Shown here: piece by piece, positions 15,544 to 22,338 of the stretch | How positions within the stretch are numbered: the first letter of the stretch is position 1 | How the letters are laid out: every line of letters starts with the position of its first letter | Origin: Candidatus Iainarchaeum sp. | Lineage (GTDB): Archaea; Iainarchaeota; Iainarchaeia; Iainarchaeales; JAZDEL01 | Length of the DNA stretch: 32,000 nucleotides | NCBI GenBank assembly: GCA_043808785.1 | Contig: JAZDEL010000009.1 | Location: 60,001 to 92,000 of the forward strand | Reading direction: 5' to 3' | Translations under genes and position numbers: made by a program | The notes under the pieces: model-generated | The model's input: the letters and a program-made list of their open reading frames with translations, nothing else | Databases searched by the model: none | Told to the model about the DNA's origin: nothing

Positions 15544-17255
15544 AAAAGTCCCCTGCAGCGGCAAAGGCGGAGAAAATAACCGCCATCTTTACTGACCTTG
15601 ACAACACACTCTGGAGCGGCATTATTGCCGAGGGGCAGGAACCAGTGCTCAGGGAAGATTACTATGCATTCCTGAAAGGGCTTTACGCGAAGGGAATCCA
15701 GATTTTTGCGGTTTCAAAGAACGAGGAAGCGGACCTTGAAAAGGCATTCCGCAAACTCGGCGTGGACAAGGAAATGTTCACAATGGTTGTCGCCAACTGG
15801 GATGCAAAATACCTGAACATAGAGCGCCTGATAAGGCAGGCAAACATCCGCCGGGAAACTGCAGTGTTCATAGATGACAGCCCTTTTGAGAGGGCTGAGG
15901 CTGAAAAAGCCCTGCCCGAAATCCACGTGCTTGATGAAAATGGCTGGCGTGCGGTTCTTGCGAATGAATATGTGAGGGGCAAAAAGGAACAGCCCGCATC
16001 GGAAATAAGGGAGCGCATAAACCGCTACCGCACCGCAATTGCGGCACACCGCGGGGAGCATGCGGAGAAAGAGAGCATTGAATTCCTGCGCAGCCTCGGG
16101 CGCGAACTCAGCATAGGGGAAATTCCCGCGGATAACCTTGACAGGTTTGCGCGCCTGCTTGTGGATACGCACAGGATAAATTTCAATCCCGGGAAGTTCG
16201 GGGATTACGGCAAGGCGCTCGATTACCTGCATCAGCGCATAAATGCGGGGGACAGGCTTTATGCGGTTTCAACGCGCGAGAGCGGCGTTTCCCTGGGCTT
16301 AACAGGCGCGCTTGTGGTTGATGTAAAAGGAAATACTGCAAGCATTGTTGACGGCACATTTTCCTGCGGGATTCTCGGGCGCGGGTTCGAGGGCAAATCC
16401 ATACTTGCACTTGCGGACATTTTACGCAAACAGGGGCTGGAGAGACTGGATATCTTTGTGACCCTTACTGCAACAAACTCGCGTGTGAAGGAAATCCTCC
16501 TTGCTTTGGGATTTTCAGAGGGCAGGCGCATTTCCGGAAAAGCGGGGACAAAGGTCGTTTATTCTGCGGATTTACGCGCTTTCAGGCCCAGAAATGATTT
16601 CGGCTGGATAAAGGTTATTGCCGGTCCGCCAGAAATTAAATATACGGGTCACCCGTTTGTTATTTCATTTTTCGAGGAGAATGTCCTGCCGCTTATCGGG
16701 CAGGGGTTCGGCATTGTGAACCTGGGCTCGGCGCGCGGGGAGTCTATAGGCCATGCTGAGGAAAAGAAGCGGGATGAATTCTATAAACTCCTGCACCAAA
16801 GGGATGTTAAATACACAAAAATAGACGTCGAACATTATCCCGAAGAAAATAATATCGTTGCTGATGCGGAAGACCTTCCCGCCGTGCTCCAAGATGAAAG
16901 CCAGGATTTGGTGCTCGCATTTGAGCTTCTGGAGCACGCGCGCCACTTCTGGAACGTTGTTACTGAAATGGTACGCATATGCAGAACGGGCGGTTACATT
17001 CTGGTTTCAGTGCCCTCCTTTAACTACCCGAAGCATGAATACCCCATCGACCTGTGGCGCATAGGCCCGAAAACCCTGAAGTCGTTCTTTCCCGCTGAAT
17101 ATTTCGAAACAATAAAGTTCGCAACCGAAGGGCAAAAGAACGCACCGCGCAGGGCAATAATCCTCGTGCGCAAGAAAAAGCAATTCACAAAAAAGTTTTC
17201 GATGCCTAATGGCGGGAAAACCGACTGGAAGACGGGATTGACTGTTTTTCTCTGA
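15540..17255 (+). CDS. FkbH-like HAD-IIIC phosphatase / GNAT-like domain fused to a class I SAM-dependent methyltransferase
   Basis: The FkbH/HAD-IIIC motifs are IFTDLDNTLWSGIIAEG, KGIQIFAVSKNEEADLEKAF and NWDAKYLNIERL...AVFIDDSPFERAEA. The C-terminal IVNLGSARGE ... DLVLAFELLEHARHFWNVVTEMVRICRTGGYILVSVP is methyltransferase-like. The start overlaps the upstream stop (ATGA at 15540-15543). Confidence 0.85.
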   Translation: MKKSPAAAKAEKITAIFTDLDNTLWSGIIAEGQEPVLREDYYAFLKGLYAKGIQIFAVSKNEEADLEKAFRKLGVDKEMFTMVVANWDAKYLNIERLIRQANIRRETAVFIDDSPFERAEAEKALPEIHVLDENGWRAVLANEYVRGKKEQPASEIRERINRYRTAIAAHRGEHAEKESIEFLRSLGRELSIGEIPADNLDRFARLLVDTHRINFNPGKFGDYGKALDYLHQRINAGDRLYAVSTRESGVSLGLTGALVVDVKGNTASIVDGTFSCGILGRGFEGKSILALADILRKQGLERLDIFVTLTATNSRVKEILLALGFSEGRRISGKAGTKVVYSADLRAFRPRNDFGWIKVIAGPPEIKYTGHPFVISFFEENVLPLIGQGFGIVNLGSARGESIGHAEEKKRDEFYKLLHQRDVKYTKIDVEHYPEENNIVADAEDLPAVLQDESQDLVLAFELLEHARHFWNVVTEMVRICRTGGYILVSVPSFNYPKHEYPIDLWRIGPKTLKSFFPAEYFETIKFATEGQKNAPRRAIILVRKKKQFTKKFSMPNGGKTDWKTGLTVFL

Positions 17256-17273
17256 ACCTGCCCTATTTGTCCC

Positions 17274-17320
17274 AGTTAACCCCACAAATCTCGAACGTTG
17301 TTGTTTTTTGTAGGGTTAAC
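17274..17320. repeat. 47-bp palindromic element, copy A (AGTTAACCCCACAAA-N17-TTTGTAGGGTTAAC)
   Basis: The inverted arms match in 13 of 14 positions. It lies between the convergent ends of the HAD-methyltransferase gene and the 78-aa ORF. It has the same length and arm sequence as the element at 18542-18588. Confidence 0.8.
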
Positions 17321-17338
17321 CTAAAATAAGTTCCTTCC

Positions 17339-17575
17339 CTATCTATCGTATATTTCATCCCTTTTCCCGACTAAAATTTTCCCCATGGCAAAGCCTTTCC
17401 GCATGCGCCTTATCTGCCGTTCCATTGCGAGTTCCCTTTCGGGGCGCTCCTCCCTTAGCCCTACTGTTGAAGCACCCCTTGCAATCCCTCTCGCATCCTT
17501 GATGTCCCCGACGGGCACCGCTATGGCAACCCCGCCCTTCTCCAGAACCACAATTCGTTTTTTGCCTTTTTTCAT
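17339..17575 (-). CDS. 78-aa basic protein, unknown function (co-transcribed partner of Fic)
   Basis: The ATG lies 18 nt after the Fic stop and is preceded by GAAGGG. The sequence MKKGKKRIVVLEKGGVAIAVPVGDIKDARGIARG...GKRDEIYDR belongs to no family I can name. Its compact size and C-terminal ...EIYDR resemble small archaeal antitoxin-like proteins only loosely. Confidence 0.5.
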   Translation of the reverse strand: MKKGKKRIVVLEKGGVAIAVPVGDIKDARGIARGASTVGLREERPERELAMERQIRRMRKGFAMGKILVGKRDEIYDR

Positions 17576-17593
17576 GCGAACGCCCTTCGTGCC

Positions 17594-18535
17594 TCAAACA
17601 TATTTCACATAAACCCCGAAGAACTTATCAAATGTCTTCTTGTATTTCTCAAGCATGAACCTTTCGAGGTTCGCGGTGTAGCCGTTGTCGAAATCCTGCA
17701 GGCATTTCAGGTATGCCGTGCGCTGGCTTTTCCTGATTATGAGCGGGGCATAGCCCGCGTTCACAAGCGCGACATTTATCAGGAATCTCCCCACGCGGCC
17801 GTTGCCGTCGTCGAAAGGGTGGATTTTCTCAAACCTGCCGTGGAAGAGCGCGGCTTTCTGCAGGGGGTGCATCTTTTTCTCCCCGCCAAACCAATCCATG
17901 AGTTTTTTCATTTCCTCCCCGACCTTTTCCGGAGCCGCTGTTTCAACTTCCCTGCCGAGCAGGAAGTTAGGAATTTTTTTATAGCCTGTTTCGATGCCCA
18001 TGTCCTTTACCAGGATTTTGTGCATCTTTATTATGTCCGCCTCCTGTGCCCTGAATTTCTTCTTCAGTATGAGGCCGACCACCTCGCGGCTGTTCCTGGT
18101 TTCATAAACCTCCCTCAGGTCAGTTCCCTCGGGAGCCTTGCCCTCGAACAGCACTATTGCGACATCCTTCAAAGTGAGCGAGTTGCCTTCCAGGGCGTTC
18201 GACTCATATGTGAAGTTTACAGTGAACCTGTCGAACAGGTCCTGAAGCTGCTTCTTCGTGAGTTTCGAGATTATTTTCTTGTATTCCCGCCTTGTTTTCT
18301 CAAGTTTGGCGATTTGCTCCCTTGTAAAAATGCCGTCCGTCCCGAACCTTTCGAGCGCGGCTTTTGCGCGCAGTTCGTTCTCCTTTTTCGAGAAGTATTC
18401 CCTCAGGGCTGGCGTAAGGGCTTTTTTGTCCGTGCGCCTGCCTATCTTCACGACCCTGCCGTTCTCCAGCCTGACCGAATGCACGGCATAGCGGTACTTT
18501 TTCCCCTTTATCCTCTTCTCGGTGAAATAAACCAT
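17594..18535 (-). CDS. Fic/DOC-family protein (AMPylase-type), class II with internal inhibitory motif
   Basis: The Fic active-site motif HPFDDGNGRVGR lies at nt 17786-17821. The inhibitory-helix motif (S/T)xxxE(G/N) is present as YESNALEGN. The track ORF starts at GTG 18553, but that GTG lies inside the promoter palindrome only 10 nt from the TATA box. ATG 18535 (MVYFTEKRIKG) is 28 nt from the box. Confidence 0.9.
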   Translation of the reverse strand: MVYFTEKRIKGKKYRYAVHSVRLENGRVVKIGRRTDKKALTPALREYFSKKENELRAKAALERFGTDGIFTREQIAKLEKTRREYKKIISKLTKKQLQDLFDRFTVNFTYESNALEGNSLTLKDVAIVLFEGKAPEGTDLREVYETRNSREVVGLILKKKFRAQEADIIKMHKILVKDMGIETGYKKIPNFLLGREVETAAPEKVGEEMKKLMDWFGGEKKMHPLQKAALFHGRFEKIHPFDDGNGRVGRFLINVALVNAGYAPLIIRKSQRTAYLKCLQDFDNGYTANLERFMLEKYKKTFDKFFGVYVKYV

Positions 18536-18541
18536 ACTAAA

Positions 18542-18588
18542 AGTTAACCCCACAGATTATTTAAATATATGGTTTTTGTGGGGTTAAC
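18542..18588 (-). promoter_or_regulatory. 47-bp palindromic element, copy B, enclosing the Fic TATA box (candidate operator/promoter)
   Basis: AGTTAACCCCAC-AGATTATTTAAATATATGGTTTTT-GTGGGGTTAAC has perfect 11-bp inverted arms. The spacer contains TATTTAAATA, centred about 28 nt upstream of ATG 18535. Confidence 0.7.
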
Positions 18589-18604
18589 GGAAATGCGCGG
18601 AAAA

Positions 18605-19837
18605 TCAGCCGAACGCCCCTAATATCTTTTCAGTTGTCCGTGCAAGCAAATCAATCTCTTCCTTAGTGTTGTACAAATAGAAACTCGCCCTGCACAGGCC
18701 CTCGCTGTTGAAGCCGCTTACCAAAGGTTCGGCACAGTGCATTCCCGAGCGGATTGCGATGTTCTCCGCCTCGTCAAGCGCAAGCGCGAGCTCGTGCGGC
18801 TGCAATTTAAGGGCGTCGAACATTGTAATTGCGCCCTGTTTCTCGGCGTCTTTCGGGCAGTACAGCCTGATTTTTCCCCTACCCTCAAGTTCGCCCATAA
18901 CCTTCAGCGCATGCCTTGTGAGGTCTTTGCCGTGCGCGTGCACATTATCCATCCCTATTCTCTGCAGGTAATCCACAGCAGCGCCAAGCCCTATCCCTCC
19001 CGCAATATGCGGCGTCCCTGCCTCGAACTTGTACGGCAGCACATTCCATGTCGCGCTATGCAGTTTAACCTCGTGTATCATGTCCCCGCCGTAGAGGAAG
19101 GGCGGCATTTTTTCGAGCAGTTCCTTCCTGCCGCAGAGCACGCCTATTCCTGTCGGCCCGAGCATCTTGTGCCCTGAGAACGCGTAAAAATCCGCGCCTA
19201 TTTTTTTCACGTCCACGGGCATGTGGGGAACAGCCTGCGCGCCGTCGACAACAAACAATGCGCCGTTCTCGTGCGCGATTTTCCCTATCTCGCGCACGGG
19301 GTTAATGCTCGCCACGGTGTTCGAGGCGTGCATAACCGAAACCAGGCGCGTGTTTTTGTTTATTTTCTTCTTGAGGTCTTCCATGTCGAGGGTGTAGTCC
19401 ACATTGAGGCCTGCAAACTCGAGCTTTGCCTCCCCCTTCCTCTCGAGAAACTGCCACGGCACGATGTTCGAGTGGTGCTCCATTTTTGTGACAACGATAT
19501 TGCTTCCTGCACCGAAAATTCCCTGTTCGCGCAGGGAATACATCAAAAGGTTCAGGCTTTCCGTTGTGTTGCGCGTGAAGATTGTTTGCTCAGGGCTTGC
19601 ACCGACGAACTTGCCTACCCTTTTGTGCGCATCTTCCCACTCGCGCGAGGCGTCCTCGCTCATCCTGTGCACGCCGCGGTGTATGTTTGCCGTAAACTCC
19701 GTGTAATAGCGGTTCATTGCATCGAGAACCTGCCGCGGTTTCAGGGAAGTTGCGGCATTGTCAAGGTAGGTTATCGGCTTGCCGTTAACCCTGCGCTGCA
19801 AAACGGGGAAATCCGCGCGGATTTTTTCGGTGTTCAT
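18605..19837 (-). CDS. sufS: cysteine desulfurase, SufS/CsdA-type (class V aminotransferase)
   Basis: The signatures are FPVL...ITYLDNAATSLKP, NIHRGVHRMS, the PLP-lysine motif SGHKMLGPTGIGVL and the active-site loop RSGMHCAEPL. Confidence 0.95.
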   Translation of the reverse strand: MNTEKIRADFPVLQRRVNGKPITYLDNAATSLKPRQVLDAMNRYYTEFTANIHRGVHRMSEDASREWEDAHKRVGKFVGASPEQTIFTRNTTESLNLLMYSLREQGIFGAGSNIVVTKMEHHSNIVPWQFLERKGEAKLEFAGLNVDYTLDMEDLKKKINKNTRLVSVMHASNTVASINPVREIGKIAHENGALFVVDGAQAVPHMPVDVKKIGADFYAFSGHKMLGPTGIGVLCGRKELLEKMPPFLYGGDMIHEVKLHSATWNVLPYKFEAGTPHIAGGIGLGAAVDYLQRIGMDNVHAHGKDLTRHALKVMGELEGRGKIRLYCPKDAEKQGAITMFDALKLQPHELALALDEAENIAIRSGMHCAEPLVSGFNSEGLCRASFYLYNTKEEIDLLARTTEKILGAFG

Positions 19838-19873
19838 TTAAGCACCGCCTGCCTTCCCCACGGGCACAGAGCC

Positions 19874-20398
19874 CTAGCCCCCCGCACCGTTCGCCGAAAT
19901 CTGCGGCGCGCTGCAGCTCTGCACATCCTTCCCGCAGGTGCATGTCTGCCCCTGCGCAGCCTGCTGCGGCGTGAGCACGCACGAATCCGGGTTCTGCGGG
20001 TCGCAGGTGCCGTGCACCGCTATGTTGTAAACCGCAATCGCGGAGTAAATAAGGCTCACTATCGTGAGTATTGTCAGTGCCCACGAAATCGCCTCGAAAT
20101 GCCTGAAAGCAAACCCCCCTACTTTCGGATTCATCTTCATTATTCCAGTGGTTATTTTCATCTTCATTTTCTGGTCGAATGCGGTGTTGCACTTCCTCAG
20201 GGTTATGCGCCTGAAAACGCAGTCAAACGCCTCCTTTGCGTAAGCCCTGTGCGTTGCGCTGAAAATCCCGAGAATCCCGAAAACTGCGAGCGCAATAAGG
20301 CAAATCATCCCGAGGTCACCGCCAGATTGGCAATAATTGATGATACAATAAGCCATACAAACCTTTTTAATTGCATTCAAATTGTGCGGTTTTTGCAT
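19874..20398 (-). CDS. Cys-rich two-TM membrane protein, unknown function
   Basis: The helices are MICLIALAVFGILGIFSA and ISWALTILTIVSLIYSAIAVY. The C-terminal segment is GTCDPQNPDSCVLTPQQAAQGQTCTCGKDVQSCSAPQ. It lies 36 nt upstream of sufS on the same strand. The start is ATG 20398 or ATG 20356 (MAYCIINYC). Confidence 0.6.
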   Translation of the reverse strand: MQKPHNLNAIKKVCMAYCIINYCQSGGDLGMICLIALAVFGILGIFSATHRAYAKEAFDCVFRRITLRKCNTAFDQKMKMKITTGIMKMNPKVGGFAFRHFEAISWALTILTIVSLIYSAIAVYNIAVHGTCDPQNPDSCVLTPQQAAQGQTCTCGKDVQSCSAPQISANGAGG

Positions 20399-20445
20399 TA
20401 GAAGTGCAGGGAAAAACCCCGGGCAGGGGGAAATGCCTTGAATGC

Positions 20446-20455
20446 CTTAAAATAA
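20446..20455 (+). promoter_or_regulatory. TATA-box-like element (CTTAAAATAA) for the PHP gene
   Basis: It is centred about 26-27 nt upstream of ATG 20477 with no Shine-Dalgarno. It could also serve the divergent minus-strand gene. Confidence 0.45.
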
Positions 20456-20476
20456 CGTTGCCTCCAAGTATAGCGT

Positions 20477-21136
20477 ATGCGCCTCGACATGCACGTGCAC
20501 AGCAAATACAGCCATGACGCGCTCACAAAGCCCGAAACCCTTGTAGCAAGGGCGAAGAAGCTCGGCATTGGCTTTGCGCTCACTGACCACAACACAGGCA
20601 AGGGCTGGGAACTCTGCGAAAGGCTTGCGCAGGAGCAGGGCGTTCCTTTCATTCGCGGCGAGGAGATAAACGTTTACCATGAGGGCAGGTTCTGCGGCGA
20701 GCTTATGGGCCTTTTCATGAACGCGCCCGTACGCAAGCGCGAGTATGCGGATGTTATAGACGAACTGCACGCGCAGGGCGCGCTGGTAAGCGTGCCGCAC
20801 CCGTTTGATACGTTCCGCGCGCCTTTCGAATTTTTGGGGCAGTGCTCGGCAAGGATTGACCTTGTCGAGGTCCTGAATTCCCGCGTGCAGAACCAGGAGT
20901 TTAATTCCGCGGCGCTCGAATTCGCGCGCGCGCACAAAATGCCCGGCATCGCGGGCAGCGACGCCCATACGCCCGAGGAACTGGGAAACGCTTACGTTGC
21001 GCTCGAGGCTTCCTCGCTTGAGGAGGCGAGGCGCCTGCTGGTGCGCGGGAAATGCACCTGCCACGGCAAGCCTTCGGGATTTTTTGTGCATGTGCAGACC
21101 TGGCTCAGGAAGCGCGGGATGATGGGGGAGAGGTAG
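20477..21136 (+). CDS. PHP-family metal-dependent phosphoesterase
   Basis: The N-terminal MRLDMHVHSKYSHDA, then FALTDHNT and later GSDAHTPEELG, match the PHP (polymerase/histidinol phosphatase) metal-ligand pattern. Confidence 0.85.
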   Translation: MRLDMHVHSKYSHDALTKPETLVARAKKLGIGFALTDHNTGKGWELCERLAQEQGVPFIRGEEINVYHEGRFCGELMGLFMNAPVRKREYADVIDELHAQGALVSVPHPFDTFRAPFEFLGQCSARIDLVEVLNSRVQNQEFNSAALEFARAHKMPGIAGSDAHTPEELGNAYVALEASSLEEARRLLVRGKCTCHGKPSGFFVHVQTWLRKRGMMGER

Positions 21137-21209
21137 GGTGCCAAAAAATGCCTGCAGGGGCGGAAGGCAAAAAACAAAAAAATTCGCGGTTAATTCGGAG
21201 GTGGTTGTT

Positions 21210-21536
21210 TTGATAGAGTTCGGCGAATGGCAGAAAGTGGAACTGAGGATAGGCACGATAAAAAGCGCGGAGGAAGTGCAGGGAAAGGACAAGCTGTACA
21301 GGCTCTCGGTAGATGTCGGCGAAGCAGCGCCCCGCACCCTTGTTGCGGGAATAAGGCAGTTCCGCACCGTGGGTGAATTGAATGGGAAGCAGATAGTTGT
21401 TGTCGCCAACCTCAAGCCCGCGAAAATTGCCGGCATTGAGAGCAACGGGATGCTGCTTGCGGTGGGGAAAGGCGCGGATGATTTTGCTTTGCTCACGACG
21501 GACAGCGAGGCAAAGGCAGGAGCGAGGGTTGAATAG
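21210..21536 (+). CDS. tRNA-binding domain protein (CsaA/Trbp111/MetRS-C-terminal type)
   Basis: FGEWQKVELRIGTIKSAEEVQGKDKLYRLSVDVGE...RTLVAGIRQF...LNGKQIVVVANLKPAKIAGIESNGMLLAV is the classic OB-fold tRNA-binding signature. The track ORF begins at GTG 21138. GGAGG at 21197-21201 lies 8 nt before the in-frame TTG at 21210, which gives the usual length of about 109 aa. Confidence 0.85.
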   Translation: MIEFGEWQKVELRIGTIKSAEEVQGKDKLYRLSVDVGEAAPRTLVAGIRQFRTVGELNGKQIVVVANLKPAKIAGIESNGMLLAVGKGADDFALLTTDSEAKAGARVE

Positions 21537-21537
21537 G

Positions 21538-22110
21538 CTACTTGCCCAGCATGCTTGAGATGTCTTTCCTTGCCGTGTTAAGTATTTTGTCGTAGTTGGC
21601 AAGTATTTTTTTCTCGTGCCCGTTTTTTGGCCCGTGTTTGCGGATTCCCTCATAAAGGTTGTATTCATCTATCGAACCCTTAATTGATATCGGAAGTTCG
21701 CCTTTGTTTAAGACCCTTTGCGCCTCCACCCATGCTATCCGTTCATTGCTGAGGTAAAGTTCCTTTTTCAGCAGACCGTATTTTGTCTTGCGCGAGATAT
21801 TGTCTGAGTTAAGCATGTTAAAAACCTGCCTTGCGTCGGGGTTAACCTTCCCCTTGGCGGATGACAGGAATTCTCTGAAGGATGCCATCTCCTCTTTTGC
21901 CAAATTAACCTCGCCTTTATTTGACAGCACCATATATTTTACAGTTCCTGTGGGGCGCGGTATGGGCCTTGTGTCTACTATTGCCGTTGGCTGCTTCACA
22001 CCCCTGTAATTTTGTTTAATTGCGTGCCCTGCGCCGATGCCAAGCCCGACAATCCCGACGCCTATGCCTATTTTTTTGCCCAGTCCTAATTTTCTTTTAA
22101 CCCCTGCCAT
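21538..22110 (-). CDS. hypothetical N-terminally anchored protein
   Basis: The 190-aa ORF starts MAGVKRKLGLGKKIGIGVGIVGLGIGAG (a Gly-rich hydrophobic anchor), then continues as a Lys/Asn-rich soluble domain. I recognise no family. It is AT-richer than its neighbours (spot counts 28/60 and 26/60 G+C at 21541-21660). Confidence 0.55.
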   Translation of the reverse strand: MAGVKRKLGLGKKIGIGVGIVGLGIGAGHAIKQNYRGVKQPTAIVDTRPIPRPTGTVKYMVLSNKGEVNLAKEEMASFREFLSSAKGKVNPDARQVFNMLNSDNISRKTKYGLLKKELYLSNERIAWVEAQRVLNKGELPISIKGSIDEYNLYEGIRKHGPKNGHEKKILANYDKILNTARKDISSMLGK

Positions 22111-22183
22111 TTTCTAACCCCCACAAAACTAACCGCATCCGCATATTTAATATTTTGCATTGCGTGTTTTCCGCCAAAAGCCG

Positions 22184-22287
22184 CCCTATTTTGGCTTTGC
22201 CAAAATGGGCGCAATCGGCAGCCCTATTTTGCCGTTCGGCAAAATGGGCGCATTCGGCTCAAGCCGAATAGCGCAGCCGATTAGCGC
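22184..22287. repeat. tandem 38/39-bp repeat with nested palindromes (candidate structured RNA or operator array)
   Basis: The units are GCCCTATTTTGGCTTTGCCAAAATGGGCGCAATCGGCA (22183-22220) and GCCCTATTTTGCCGTTCGGCAAAATGGGCGCATTCGGCT (22221-22259). They are followed by AGCCGAATAGCGC and AGCCGATTAGCGC (22262-22287), which are complementary to the unit tails. GGGTTTTTG then follows. Confidence 0.7.
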
Positions 22288-22304
22288 GGGTTTTTGAACC
22301 AAAA

Positions 22305-22315
22305 CCTATAAAAAC
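22305..22315 (+). promoter_or_regulatory. TATA-box-like element (CCTATAAAAAC) for the membrane-protein/hydrogenase unit
   Basis: It is centred about 29 nt upstream of ATG 22339, with no Shine-Dalgarno. Confidence 0.5.
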
Positions 22316-22338
22316 AATACATCCCTTTGTATTAGCAT

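Noticed and set aside
17339-17575. The 78-aa ORF was considered as a classical FicA-type antitoxin.
   Set aside because: FicA antitoxins are normally encoded upstream of the toxin and supply the (S/T)xxxE(G/N) helix in trans. Here the Fic protein carries that motif itself (SNALEG), the small gene is downstream, and it lacks the motif. Its role is left open.
17819-18547. A 242-aa plus-strand ORF lies antisense to Fic. Similar antisense ORFs lie at 27482..28393 over the radical SAM gene, 28786..29370 over TraB, and 7297..8233 over the 76-aa, 231-aa and 747-aa genes.
   Set aside because: Each overlaps a gene with a diagnostic motif: HPFDDGNGR, CxxxCxxC, GTAHIS, or a Shine-Dalgarno plus paralogy. 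None has a start-codon context (TATA box or Shine-Dalgarno) or domain signature.
19223-21496. Long antisense ORFs 19223..20401 (+, 392 aa) and 20447..21496 (-, 349 aa).
   Set aside because: They are opposite sufS and the Cys-rich membrane gene, and opposite the PHP and tRNA-binding genes, respectively. All of those have family signatures or a clear TM architecture. The antisense products have shadow-ORF composition.
22183-22287. The tandem repeats were considered as a mini-CRISPR array.
   Set aside because: There are only two adjacent units with no spacers between them, plus complementary tail repeats. No cas genes are present. The architecture is that of nested hairpins, not repeat-spacer.
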